Shown here: positions 18,867 to 28,338 of the stretch, one piece after another
Layout of the letters: each line of letters begins with the position of its first letter
Numbering within the stretch: the first letter of the stretch is position 1
DNA from: Candidatus Microgenomatus sp.
Lineage (GTDB): Bacteria > Patescibacteriota > Microgenomatia > UBA8517
Assembly (NCBI GenBank): GCA_020724555.1
Contig: DYGT01000001.1
Location: 65,197 to 129,196, forward strand
Direction of reading: 5' to 3'
DNA length: 64,000 nucleotides
Position numbers and translations under genes: made by a program
The notes under the pieces: generated by a model
What the model was told of the DNA's origin: nothing
What the model saw: only the letters and a program-made list of their open reading frames with translations
Databases searched by the model: none

Positions 18867-19856
18867 TTACTGCATCCGTCGCGCCAAAACCATTTTTGTG
18901 CGCCTAATTATTTCATCTGCATTAAGTCCGTATTCCTTTTTTAATTCGCTTGAGTTCCCTGACTGGCCGAATCGGCCATAAACCCCCACAAACTCAATGG
19001 GTATGGGTAAATTTCGCACCAACAACTCAGCCACGGCTCCACCCAAACCACCACTGACCTGGTGGTCTTCAATTGTTACCATGGCTCCCGAAATTTTGGC
19101 TTCGTGTATCAAAGCTTGCTCATCCAAAGGACTGACGCTGTGGCAAGCCACAACTCTTACTGTTATTCCGTCTTTTTTGAGTTTTTGCGCCGCAACCAGC
19201 GCTTCATAAACCAAAGGACCACAGGCCACAAGCGTGGCTTTAGAATCCGTATCTTCCCACACAACGTTTATTTTGCCCGTTTCAAATGGGGTGTTGGGGG
19301 TTGTAATCACCGGACTTTTTGACCTTGTAAGCCTGATGTAAGTTGGACGCAAGCTTTTTGCCGCGACACCAACGGCCTTTTTTGCTTCCTCATAATCACA
19401 AGGAACCAAAACATCCATGTTGGGAAGCGTACGCATTAAAGCAATATCTTCAAGTACCTGGTGTGTGGCCCCGTCTTCGCCCACATCAATTCCGCTGTGG
19501 CTACCTACAATTTTAACAGGCACGTTATTTAGGGCGATTGTCGTCCTTATCTGTTCCCAGTTTCTGCCGGGAGAAAACGCGGCAAAACTGGTGGCAAAGG
19601 GAATTTTGCCATAATTTGCCATACCCGAAGCAATGGTAACCAAAGCTTGTTCGGCTACTCCCACCTCCCAAAAGCGCTCGGGAAATTTTTGGGCAAATGA
19701 CAGTACTCGAGTTGATTCTTCCAGGTCCGCTGACAAAACTACAATACTCTCATTTTTTTCTGCCTCAATAACCAAGCCCTCTCCAAAGCCATCGCGTGTG
19801 GCTTTTAGCTCAACGTTCTTTTTAAATAAATTTTGATTTAAAGTGTTATTTAACAT
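18867..19856 (-). CDS. Transketolase, C-terminal (pyrimidine-binding) subunit
   Basis: ADL..ST, GVAEQ, GEDGATHQ, EDH...GGLG. Confidence 0.95.
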   Translation of the reverse strand: MLNNTLNQNLFKKNVELKATRDGFGEGLVIEAEKNESIVVLSADLEESTRVLSFAQKFPERFWEVGVAEQALVTIASGMANYGKIPFATSFAAFSPGRNWEQIRTTIALNNVPVKIVGSHSGIDVGEDGATHQVLEDIALMRTLPNMDVLVPCDYEEAKKAVGVAAKSLRPTYIRLTRSKSPVITTPNTPFETGKINVVWEDTDSKATLVACGPLVYEALVAAQKLKKDGITVRVVACHSVSPLDEQALIHEAKISGAMVTIEDHQVSGGLGGAVAELLVRNLPIPIEFVGVYGRFGQSGNSSELKKEYGLNADEIIRRTKMVLARRMQ

Positions 19857-20679
19857 CTCGACAGACTTCTTCTAGTTCACGCAGCGCGGCTTTAGCTTCG
19901 TTTTTATTTGGCGCTTTACCGTGCCACAGATAATTGTCTTCCATAAAACTTACCCCCTTACCCGGAGTGGTTTTTGCAATAATCACCGTAGGTTTATCGT
20001 AAACCAGCCTTGCCTGCTTAACCGAATTTAGAATTTGAGAAATATCATGGCCGTCTATTACCAAAGCATTCCAAGAAAAAGCCTGATATTTGCCAAGCAA
20101 AGGCTCAAGCGGCATAACATCACTGGTTTTCCCGCTTATCTGGATGTTGTTGCTGTCAACAAATGCAGTTAAATTTCCTAGCTTATATTTGGCAGCAAAC
20201 AATACAGCTTCCCAATGGTTTCCTTCCTGATGCTCACCGTCGCTTGTCACGCAAAACACCCGAAAACGCCTGCCTTCCCTTTTGGCAACGGCCGCTATTC
20301 CACAAGCTTGGGCCAAACCGGAACCTAATGGTCCGGATGTGATTTCTACCCCGCGAAGTCTTTCTCTTTCCGGGTGGCCTTGCAGAAAAGAGCCAAATTT
20401 ACGAAGGCTTTTTAACTTCTCTTGGGGAAAATATCCAGCATAGCTCAAAGCTGCATATAAAAGCGGAGCAATATGGCCGTTGCTTAAAAGCAAACGGTCT
20501 CGGTCTTCCCAATGGGGATTTTCAGGGTCGTGATGAAGAATGGAAAAATATAAGCAAGCAAAAATGTCCGCCATTCCCAAAGACCCCGCAGCGTGCCCGG
20601 ATCCTGCGGATTCAAGCATTTTGATAACTTCTTTTCTTAAATCACAAGCAATTTCTTTAAGTTTGGCGTTATCCTTCAT
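19846..20679 (-). CDS. Transketolase, N-terminal (TPP-binding) subunit
   Basis: SGHAAGSL, DRLLLSNGH, LQGHP, SDGEHQEG, GKG..FME...WHG. Confidence 0.95.
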   Translation of the reverse strand: MKDNAKLKEIACDLRKEVIKMLESAGSGHAAGSLGMADIFACLYFSILHHDPENPHWEDRDRLLLSNGHIAPLLYAALSYAGYFPQEKLKSLRKFGSFLQGHPERERLRGVEITSGPLGSGLAQACGIAAVAKREGRRFRVFCVTSDGEHQEGNHWEAVLFAAKYKLGNLTAFVDSNNIQISGKTSDVMPLEPLLGKYQAFSWNALVIDGHDISQILNSVKQARLVYDKPTVIIAKTTPGKGVSFMEDNYLWHGKAPNKNEAKAALRELEEVCRDVK

Positions 20680-21341
20680 TAATTGGTATAGGCAAGGCCA
20701 TCTTTATAATCCTTTTTTTTCATGCTCTGCAATTTTTTTTCAAACCTGGCAATAGTTGGGAATACATCCTCACGCTTAGTTACAATTTCAAAGACAGACA
20801 TTTCTTTGTGATCGATATTTAGGCCTTTTTTAATAGCGTCAATAATCTCAATCCAAAATTCTCCAAATAAAATGAAGGGCTTATGGTGGCCGTAATAAAT
20901 ATTAGCCAAAACCCAGGCCGTACCGAACTCACTCATTGTACCGCTCCCACCTTTAAAAATAATAAACATATGGGCGTGTTCCATTAGTTTAAACATCCGC
21001 TCTATGTAATTACTTGTCACAATCTCTTTATCTGTAATATTGCCTAAATACTTTCCTTCAAAACCCGGAGCATCCTGGGGATAAAAAGTTACAGACAGTG
21101 TTTCGCCGTGCACTTTTTTGGCCCCCTGCGTAGAAGCATTCATTACGCCAGGGCCACCACCATTTACAATTGTAAACCCACGGCCTGCTAAATCACACGC
21201 TATCGCATACGCATCCTTATAAACAGGGTCGCTCTCGGAAATATTGGCATCGCCAAAAAATGCTATGTTTTTAATAATACTGCGCTTGAGTTTGCCAATC
21301 TTTTTTTGGGGAATTTTTTTTATGTCTATTTTTTCTGCCAT
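20679..21341 (-). CDS. LOG-family nucleotide monophosphate nucleosidase (phosphoribohydrolase)
   Basis: GGGPGVMNA, ER, GGSGTMSE (PGGxGTxxE-like). Confidence 0.85.
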   Translation of the reverse strand: MAEKIDIKKIPQKKIGKLKRSIIKNIAFFGDANISESDPVYKDAYAIACDLAGRGFTIVNGGGPGVMNASTQGAKKVHGETLSVTFYPQDAPGFEGKYLGNITDKEIVTSNYIERMFKLMEHAHMFIIFKGGSGTMSEFGTAWVLANIYYGHHKPFILFGEFWIEIIDAIKKGLNIDHKEMSVFEIVTKREDVFPTIARFEKKLQSMKKKDYKDGLAYTN

Positions 21342-21346
21342 GATAT

Positions 21347-21991
21347 TTACGCTATAAGCTGGTCGTTAAATTGTTGCAGATTTTTTTCAATGTTTCCAGT
21401 GATTAAGCTTCGCCCGACCGCCACCTCGTCTACGCCAGCCTGATTTAATGCTTTAATATTACCGGGGTTAATCCCACCATCAACAATTATGGAAAAATCA
21501 GCACCGGATTCATTTTTAATGTTTATTAAATCAGCAATTTTAGAAAATACACGCTCATCAAACTCTTGCCCTCCAAAACCGGCTTTTACGCTCATCAAAA
21601 GTACAGCGTTCAGACTGGTTAGTAATTTTGGATGAATATTAGCAACCGGTGTCTTAAGATCCAAACCAAAACCCACACCACGGCCTTCTTCAGTAACTTT
21701 TTCCACAAAGGCAAACTGGTCACCCATCGCCTCAATGTGGCCAATAATCCGCTCGGCTCCCACTCGTACACACTGCTCTACCCAATTAATTGGCTCTTTG
21801 ACCATAAGCTGAAAATCAAGCATGAGATTAGTTTCAATATAACCCAAGGAGGAGGGCTCAACGGTTTTATTGTCTGCATAAATCCCGTCAACAATATCAA
21901 TCTGTGCGCGATCAAAAACATTTTCACACGCATTAATCATCGCTTTCAACTCACTGGCGTTATTAGTAAGTATGGCAGGCACAATTCTCAT
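21347..21991 (-). CDS. rpe: Ribulose-phosphate 3-epimerase
   Basis: DIVDG, LMV..P, H.E, LMSV.AGFGGQ, VDGGI. Confidence 0.9.
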   Translation of the reverse strand: MRIVPAILTNNASELKAMINACENVFDRAQIDIVDGIYADNKTVEPSSLGYIETNLMLDFQLMVKEPINWVEQCVRVGAERIIGHIEAMGDQFAFVEKVTEEGRGVGFGLDLKTPVANIHPKLLTSLNAVLLMSVKAGFGGQEFDERVFSKIADLINIKNESGADFSIIVDGGINPGNIKALNQAGVDEVAVGRSLITGNIEKNLQQFNDQLIA

Positions 21992-22002
21992 TTTAAGTGG
22001 TT

Positions 22003-23115
22003 TTACTGAACAGGTTTAAACGACAAGGTAATCGGGTCTGTGGGGGCGCTTGCAGTATCCAGGGTGTTGCCAACACGTATTACTTGCTCCACAAGCCTGT
22101 TGGCATAGCCCCATTCATTATCATACCAGGCAAAAATCTTGACCATATTACCGGCCACCACCTGAGTACTCAATAAGTCCACTATGGCGGATTCGCTTCT
22201 GCCGATGATGTCAGATGAAACCAAAGGTTCCTCGCTTACTGCTAAAATACCTTTATATATGGGGTTTTCGGAAGCTTGCTTTAAAGCCTGATTTACTTCC
22301 TCAACAGAAGTATCTTGTTTCAATAGAAGCGTAAAGTCGGTTATGGAACCCGTTGAAACCGGCACCCTCAAGGCTCGCCCGTCAAAAAGTCCTTTAAGCG
22401 CGGGGATAGTCTCTGTCGTGGCAATGGCTGCCCCGGTGGTGGTTGGGATGATGTTTTCTGCAGCCGCACGGGCTCGGCGCATATCTTTGTGGGAATTATC
22501 CTGCAAATTCTGATCATCCGTATAGCCATGGATCGTGGTCATCATAGCTTTTTCTATCCCAAATCTTGCATGCATCACTGCCGCAACCGGTGCGACGCAA
22601 TTGGTGGTACAACTGGCATTATTTAGCACAACCGCCTGTCCGTCGTACTCATTAACGCCAATTACAAAAGTCCCCACATTGCCTCCTTTGGCGGGGGCTG
22701 AAATGACTACTCTTTTGGCTCCACCCAAAGCGTGTTTTTTTGCATCTTCTTCACTCAAAAACACTCCGGTAGACTCAATAATCACCTCAGCACCATACTG
22801 TGCCCAAGGGATTTTACCAGGATCCTGTTGGGCCAACACAGCAATCTTTGTCTCTTCCCCTTTAACTTTTAAATAACCAATTAAAGGATCTTCATCGGTT
22901 GCTTCTTTGGCAGACCTCACCTCCTCAGCAATAATTTCTTTTTCAAATTTGCGGTAGGTCGTGTCATAATTAATCAAGTGTGCCCAGCCGGGAGTATCCA
23001 TAGAACCGCTGGTGTTTATGGCCATAATTTGCACATTGCCGGCCTGACGCGTAAGGGCTATACGCGCAGCCAACCTGCCAATTCTCCCAAAACCATTAAT
23101 ACCAATCTTTATCAT
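22003..23115 (-). CDS. gap: Type I glyceraldehyde-3-phosphate dehydrogenase
   Basis: GINGFGRIGR, NASCTTNC, WYDNEWGY. Confidence 0.97.
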   Translation of the reverse strand: MIKIGINGFGRIGRLAARIALTRQAGNVQIMAINTSGSMDTPGWAHLINYDTTYRKFEKEIIAEEVRSAKEATDEDPLIGYLKVKGEETKIAVLAQQDPGKIPWAQYGAEVIIESTGVFLSEEDAKKHALGGAKRVVISAPAKGGNVGTFVIGVNEYDGQAVVLNNASCTTNCVAPVAAVMHARFGIEKAMMTTIHGYTDDQNLQDNSHKDMRRARAAAENIIPTTTGAAIATTETIPALKGLFDGRALRVPVSTGSITDFTLLLKQDTSVEEVNQALKQASENPIYKGILAVSEEPLVSSDIIGRSESAIVDLLSTQVVAGNMVKIFAWYDNEWGYANRLVEQVIRVGNTLDTASAPTDPITLSFKPVQ

Positions 23116-23118
23116 AAT

Positions 23119-24156
23119 TTAGTCTAGCAATGCCTTAATGCCCGGTAAAGTACCACTCACCAAATATTCAAGCATGGCGCCTCCTCCGGTTGAAACCCAA
23201 TCAAACTTAGGCAAAAGCCCCAGCATACCCAAAGCAGAAGATGTATCCCCACCGCCAACCAGCTTGTAAGCTTTGGCATTGGCAGCTGCCTCAAAAACGC
23301 GTTTTGTCCCCAGCATATGACCTTCGTCTTCAAATTTTCCAGGAACACCCGCCAAAATAACAGTACCTGCTTTTTTTAATTCAGCTTCTATGGCTTCTAT
23401 GGAATGAATGGTGATGTCTTCTTTATCGGGTGTAAGATGGGAAACAAATACCTTGGGACCAAATTTAGCGTCTTCTAAATATTCAGGAAGCCTACCTGCA
23501 ATCATTAATTTGTCGGATATTTTCTCCAAACCCTCTGTGTATTTTAATTTATCTTTTTTAACTCCGGACAACAGGCTTACCACCGGGCGCTTTGGATTAT
23601 CCCGCACCCGATCAAGGTGTATAACCTCTTCTTGAAAATTTAGACCAACATACGCTCTGGGCTTTAAAGCCTCTGCCAAACCCACAACTGAGGCGCTTTG
23701 TCTGTGACTTGCGGCAAAAGCTTCATTTACAAACACCTCTCCCCGGGACCTAAATAAATCTACAAAAACAGGATCATTTACCTCCTCGCCTGTCCAAAAG
23801 CGCAGATTCTCCACCAATAAATATTTATTATTGTTTTCCAAAGCGGACACAAGTCCTTGTTCAAACTCTTCCAAAAACGGAGCAAATTGCACAAAAAATA
23901 TCTCACTGCCTAAGGCTTTAGATAAAAACGGAGTCAAAGGAAACAAAGACAAATCTTTTTGATACACCCCCTTGGGGCGGCCGCGGTGGCCAAGGATAAT
24001 AATTTTCTTGGCATTGTTAAGATTACCGATCGTCCTAACGGCAGCGCTTATTCTTTTGTCTTCTAATGTGTTTTCGTCAAAATTAACGTCCAGGTCGCAG
24101 CGCAGCAAAACGTTTTTACCGGAAACGTCAAGATTTTTTAAAGTGGGAAGCTTCAT
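23119..24156 (-). CDS. pgk: Phosphoglycerate kinase (shortened)
   Basis: RCDLDV, GHRGRP, ENLRF, F.ASHR..AS, GGGDT, STGGGA.LEYL.G.LPG. Confidence 0.92.
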   Translation of the reverse strand: MKLPTLKNLDVSGKNVLLRCDLDVNFDENTLEDKRISAAVRTIGNLNNAKKIIILGHRGRPKGVYQKDLSLFPLTPFLSKALGSEIFFVQFAPFLEEFEQGLVSALENNNKYLLVENLRFWTGEEVNDPVFVDLFRSRGEVFVNEAFAASHRQSASVVGLAEALKPRAYVGLNFQEEVIHLDRVRDNPKRPVVSLLSGVKKDKLKYTEGLEKISDKLMIAGRLPEYLEDAKFGPKVFVSHLTPDKEDITIHSIEAIEAELKKAGTVILAGVPGKFEDEGHMLGTKRVFEAAANAKAYKLVGGGDTSSALGMLGLLPKFDWVSTGGGAMLEYLVSGTLPGIKALLD

Positions 24157-24589
24157 ATTTTTTTATTTTTCTAACGCGCCTTTTGTGTCTTTGAGCTTGG
24201 GAAAAACGCGTATTTAAAAAAACATCAACCATTCTTTTTGCGGTTGTTGAACCCACATAATCTGCCCCCAAAGAAATAACATTGGCATTATTGTGCTCGC
24301 GGGCCTTTTGTGCCATTTTTAAGTTTGTACAAACCGCCGCATAGACTCCACTAACTTTATTGGCAACAATAGCCTCGCCAATACCCGACCTGCCGATCAC
24401 AATACCAAAACCTTCTTTAGAGGTCGAAACAGCCTCGGCTAAAGGAAAAACAAAATCAGGATAATCGTCGTACTTTTCGAAAATTTTATTGCCTACGTCT
24501 TCAACCGAATACCCCAAGCCTAACAAAAAAGATTTTATTTCTTCTTTTAAATAAAATCCACCGTGATCGCTGGCAATAAATATTTTCAT
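24128..24589 (-). CDS. rpiB: Ribose-5-phosphate isomerase B
   Basis: ASDHGG, DYPD, G.SG.G..I.ANK, AREHNNAN, RH.RRV; catalytic Cys of CGxG not retained (IGRSG). Confidence 0.9.
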   Translation of the reverse strand: MKIFIASDHGGFYLKEEIKSFLLGLGYSVEDVGNKIFEKYDDYPDFVFPLAEAVSTSKEGFGIVIGRSGIGEAIVANKVSGVYAAVCTNLKMAQKAREHNNANVISLGADYVGSTTAKRMVDVFLNTRFSQAQRHKRRVRKIKKYEASHFKKS

Positions 24590-25245
24590 TTAAATCCTTT
24601 TGCTAAATTTTCAATTACTGTGCGCGGGTTTTCTGCGTTCATTATACCCGAGGCAATTGCAAAACCGCTTGCACCCAAATTAAGACTGGTTGTTATATCT
24701 TCCTTTGTCTGTATGCCGGCCCCGACGATCAAAGGTATATCCGCGTTTTTTGCTATATTTACCGCTTTCTTAACAATGTCGGGCTTTTCAGTTGCCACAG
24801 ATTTGTCACTACTGCCGATTAGTTCCGGGGGTTCATACGAAACAAAATCCGGCTTAAGTGAAATTGCCTGCCTCAACTCATCAGTGCTATCGGCAAATAT
24901 TAAAGTTTTTAAACCTACGTCCCGGGCACGTTGATTTCTGCCGGCAAGATCTTCCACATTTAAAGCCTTATTTTCTGAATGGTTTAAGACTGCCCCTTTT
25001 GCGCCTGCCAAAAGAACCCCTTCGGGCAAAGTGTGCCCGGTGTGCGCGCCATAAGTAATGTTATCTATGCCCTGCACCCACACCTCCAAGCTGGTCTGGC
25101 CGGCAATCATCCTTAAATCCAAGGCTTGAACAATTGGGATAAGTTTAACCCCTGTTTCCCGGGATACCGACTCCAACGTCTTTACCATTTCCAACGCTTT
25201 TTCCCCGGTACCTGTTTCGTACGTTTTAAAATTTATAAAAATCAT
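24586..25245 (-). CDS. tpiA: Triosephosphate isomerase, archaeal type
   Basis: INFKTY, GAHTGH, LNHSE, YEPPELIG, GAGI, ASG. Confidence 0.93.
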   Translation of the reverse strand: MIFINFKTYETGTGEKALEMVKTLESVSRETGVKLIPIVQALDLRMIAGQTSLEVWVQGIDNITYGAHTGHTLPEGVLLAGAKGAVLNHSENKALNVEDLAGRNQRARDVGLKTLIFADSTDELRQAISLKPDFVSYEPPELIGSSDKSVATEKPDIVKKAVNIAKNADIPLIVGAGIQTKEDITTSLNLGASGFAIASGIMNAENPRTVIENLAKGFK

Positions 25246-25491
25246 TTAATTAATTTGCAAAAGCTGACTTATTTTCGCTTTATCAAAGCCTATCACAGTT
25301 TCTCTTTTATTGTCTTTGTTAATAACTACAAAAGGCACACCCAAAAACCCACCCGATATGGCCACCATTTCCTCGCGCGCAACATCGTCCTGGTCCACCA
25401 ACTTTTCCGTAAATTCCACGCCATAGCTTTGCAAAAATTCTTTGAGCATTTTGCAATAAGGACAAGTAGTAGTTGAATAAATGGTCACCAT
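25246..25491 (-). CDS. Glutaredoxin (NrdH/YruB-like)
   Basis: YST..CPYC, GVP, IGFD. Confidence 0.92.
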   Translation of the reverse strand: MVTIYSTTTCPYCKMLKEFLQSYGVEFTEKLVDQDDVAREEMVAISGGFLGVPFVVINKDNKRETVIGFDKAKISQLLQIN

Positions 25492-25494
25492 CGT

Positions 25495-26244
25495 TCACGC
25501 CACCACCTTTCTCTGGAACAAAAATCCAAGTATCTGGAGCCACACTGGCTGGTTCACGTCCTCGATCTTGCCCGTAGAAGCAGATACCAAAACAGATACA
25601 TCCACCGGCAACTCCATCAAATTAAACAAAGAGACTATTTTTTGCCCTTCAAGCTGGTACAGAACCTCCCCATCAATGCCCTGCTTTAAGGTCATTATTG
25701 AATTCTCGTTTAATTTTGTAACAACATTAGACCTCACAGCTGAAAGTAAAGCCTCTGACGGCATCACCAAAAGATATTGCCTACCCGTATCTGTACTGAC
25801 CGAAACCCTACGATCCTTGGTGTCAATATATATGGGGTATTGTGTTTCAGCTGCCACGCCATTTTGGACAATGCGAAATTTACCTTCGGTATTTAATATG
25901 CGAATTTCTTGAGGTTTTTGTTTCGCCTCAAGCGTAATAATTTCGTCACCGTAGGACGTAACATCCGCCACTGTTTGCTCGCCATTAACGACCACGGTTA
26001 ACTGAACTGTATCGTTTTGCCGTTCAAGCGCCAAATAGGCTTCATTTTTTATGTTTTTCCCGTCTAAAGCATTGGTGACCACTAGTTCTTCGGGGGGGAG
26101 GCTTGTCAGGGCACCGTCAGTAAGCCCCAAAACGTTCCACCTTAAATTTCCGTCTGTTTGGATGTTGACCAAAGAAGCATGAGCATAAGGAGGAACAAAC
26201 ATAAAAATCAAAAAAAACACTCCCACTAGCAAAGAAGTTTTCAT
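25495..26244 (-). CDS. Secreted hypothetical protein with possible C-terminal PepSY-like strand
   Basis: Signal peptide ending AHA; C-terminal 'VLVSASTGKI'. Confidence 0.65.
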   Translation of the reverse strand: MKTSLLVGVFFLIFMFVPPYAHASLVNIQTDGNLRWNVLGLTDGALTSLPPEELVVTNALDGKNIKNEAYLALERQNDTVQLTVVVNGEQTVADVTSYGDEIITLEAKQKPQEIRILNTEGKFRIVQNGVAAETQYPIYIDTKDRRVSVSTDTGRQYLLVMPSEALLSAVRSNVVTKLNENSIMTLKQGIDGEVLYQLEGQKIVSLFNLMELPVDVSVLVSASTGKIEDVNQPVWLQILGFLFQRKVVA

Positions 26245-26274
26245 TACACTAATTGTAGCGCAACCGATTATAAT

Positions 26275-26745
26275 TTAAAAAGACCCTTCCAAAAATTTGT
26301 TTGAGGGCACTTCTCCCCGCACGCTTTCGCGGCTAATAACAACATGGTTTGCGTCTTGCCAGCCGCTTTCAATCATATACTCTCCCACATAACCTCCTTT
26401 AGCAGCTTCAAGCTCTCCTAAAAGCTTATATCCGTCTTCTTTTTGAAGCCATACAAAGTACTTGTCAGTCCCTGGATTTTCCAAATCCGCAAGAACGCTT
26501 AAGCTGTTTTTGTCTTCACTTCTGGTAACAAGCGCCATTTGATTCTCACGGGAAAGTTCAAGCTTTTCTCCCTCATCGCTTATGACGGATGAGCCAAAAA
26601 CCTCTTGCATGCGGTCACGCACAGACGGGGTCGGGGTTGGTTCTAAAGCAATCTTCTGAGGAGTATTGTCATTTCGGGACCAAAAAAAATAACCTAGTCC
26701 CAAAATTATTGCTGCAACTAACGCAATTAATATCCTTTTGTCCAT
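26275..26745 (-). CDS. Membrane-anchored hypothetical protein (RskA C-terminal-like)
   Basis: N-terminal TM, PT linker, 'DL..P...Y.VWL...LLG.L...VISRE' pattern. Confidence 0.6.
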   Translation of the reverse strand: MDKRILIALVAAIILGLGYFFWSRNDNTPQKIALEPTPTPSVRDRMQEVFGSSVISDEGEKLELSRENQMALVTRSEDKNSLSVLADLENPGTDKYFVWLQKEDGYKLLGELEAAKGGYVGEYMIESGWQDANHVVISRESVRGEVPSNKFLEGSF

Positions 26746-26747
26746 TA

Positions 26748-26870
26748 TTATTCGCAACATGGGTCTTTAAAGCCACAATTTTTACAAATTGCTTCTTTAC
26801 TCCCAGCTATGATGCCTATTAGCATACCACACTGGGGGCATTTTTGCATCTGCCTTAATTTTTTCCGCAT
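26748..26870 (-). CDS. Small zinc-ribbon protein, 40 aa (absent from ORF track)
   Basis: MRKKLRQMQKCPQCGMLIGIIAGSKEAICKNCGFKDPCCE*; two CxxCG knuckles; stop 2 nt before the next ATG. Confidence 0.75.
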   Translation of the reverse strand: MRKKLRQMQKCPQCGMLIGIIAGSKEAICKNCGFKDPCCE

Positions 26871-26893
26871 TTTAACTGCATTTTTACCGCGCG

Positions 26894-27079
26894 TCATGAA
26901 TTCATTCTGCTATAAAGCCCAAATAGGGATAAAACAGCGGCAATCAAAAGCCACTGGGTTGAAGCCAACCAGATATCCTGGCCAAGGTAGCCAATACCCG
27001 ATAATACAATGGAAATCAAGGCTCCTCCCATCAGAATCTGTGATAAAAGTCCCCAGTCTTTCTTTTTCATCTTCATCAC
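26894..27079 (-). CDS. Small two-TM membrane protein
   Basis: 61-aa ORF with two hydrophobic helices; SD-like AGGGGG upstream. Confidence 0.65.
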   Translation of the reverse strand: MMKMKKKDWGLLSQILMGGALISIVLSGIGYLGQDIWLASTQWLLIAAVLSLFGLYSRMNS

Positions 27080-27129
27080 CCCCTTTCATATTAACATCAT
27101 ATAAAACCATATTAAAAGCGCGACATTGC

Positions 27130-27158
27130 TTGACAAATAAGGGTTTAAAACCTATAAT
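27130..27158 (+). promoter_or_regulatory. Consensus sigma70 promoter for the M23 gene
   Basis: TTGACA-N17-TATAAT exact. Confidence 0.85.
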
Positions 27159-27163
27159 TGGCC

Positions 27164-27190
27164 ACTCGCAAAAAATGCGAGTTTTTTATT
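27164..27190 (+). terminator. Terminator-like hairpin in the M23 leader
   Basis: ACTCGCA-AAAAA-TGCGAGT followed by TTTTT. Confidence 0.6.
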
Positions 27191-27223
27191 TGCCTCAAAT
27201 GAGCCGGTCTCACGCGAGGCGTT

Positions 27224-27904
27224 ATGAGTAAGCTATCCATCAGTTTTATCGGTGGCCGAAGACTCGACATAGCTTTGGTCAAGCCACGCATAAAACCAAA
27301 AACCGAACCGCTTATTCCCTCCTTGTCCACGCTTCGGAGAGTTCGCCGTGGCAACAAAATCTCGCGTTTTTTCAGTCTCATCGCCCAACATAATAAATTC
27401 AGGCGTATTCTAGGCACAAATCTTGCTGTAGCTTTACTGGCGAGCTCAATCGTTCCCACTACCACAAACTTTACAGTGGAGGCAGAAACGTCAATTATCA
27501 CCTCTGATTTAACCAATTTTAAGACCGAGCGCAGTATCAAAAAACCAACAGATACTACAAAAATCAGCCAAAGATATAGTTTTTTCCACCCGGCAGTCGA
27601 CTTCGACGGCGAAACCGGAGATCCTGTATACGCGATTATGAAAGGCGAAGTAAAAGAGGTGCAATACTCACGCTTTTCGTACGGCAATGCCATAATCATC
27701 GACCACGGCGATGGTGTGGAAAGTTTATACGCCCATTTAAGCAAAGTCGAGGTTAAAAAAGAAAGTATAGTTGCCGCAGGAGAAAAAATTGGCGAAATTG
27801 GCTCAACCGGCCGCTCTACAGGGGATCATTTGCACTTGGAAATCCGCTTTGACGGTAAAGCCATTAACCCTGAATCAATCCTTCCTGCACCAGATACTCT
27901 TTAA
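27224..27904 (+). CDS. M23 family metallopeptidase (peptidoglycan hydrolase)
   Basis: HPAVD, YGN, YAHL, GSTGRSTGDHLHLE. Confidence 0.92.
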   Translation: MSKLSISFIGGRRLDIALVKPRIKPKTEPLIPSLSTLRRVRRGNKISRFFSLIAQHNKFRRILGTNLAVALLASSIVPTTTNFTVEAETSIITSDLTNFKTERSIKKPTDTTKISQRYSFFHPAVDFDGETGDPVYAIMKGEVKEVQYSRFSYGNAIIIDHGDGVESLYAHLSKVEVKKESIVAAGEKIGEIGSTGRSTGDHLHLEIRFDGKAINPESILPAPDTL

Positions 27905-28322
27905 CTCTAACTGCCACAAGCTGGTCCAGAGCCAAAGGTAAATTACATGCTTCTTCTAAATCAATCCATCTGTGACGGCTTTTACCAGGTTCTTTATTCG
28001 CCACCTCTCCATTTACAGCCAAAACCACATAAGGAGAATATTCTACAAAACGATTGCTCAAGGTCATATCTAAAAAAACAGGAAGTTTAGTAAATTGTGT
28101 AGGTTTTACACCTAGCTCTTCATCCATCTCTCGCTCCAATGCTTGCCGGGGAGTTTCTCCTTCTTCGATTGCTCCACCAGGAATTATCGTATAACCAAAA
28201 TGGCCTGACTCTGGACTTACCCTATCCTCAACCAGTATTTTTCCATCAGAATTTATTACAGCAAAAATTGCCGCATAAAACCAAGGAACTAAACGTTCTT
28301 TTTGTATTTCTGCCCAAGACAT
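27864..28322 (-). CDS. NUDIX hydrolase
   Basis: PGGAIEEGETPRQALEREMDEELG Nudix box. Confidence 0.9.
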   Translation of the reverse strand: MSWAEIQKERLVPWFYAAIFAVINSDGKILVEDRVSPESGHFGYTIIPGGAIEEGETPRQALEREMDEELGVKPTQFTKLPVFLDMTLSNRFVEYSPYVVLAVNGEVANKEPGKSRHRWIDLEEACNLPLALDQLVAVRVKEYLVQEGLIQG

Positions 28323-28338
28323 GGAGCTATTATATCAC

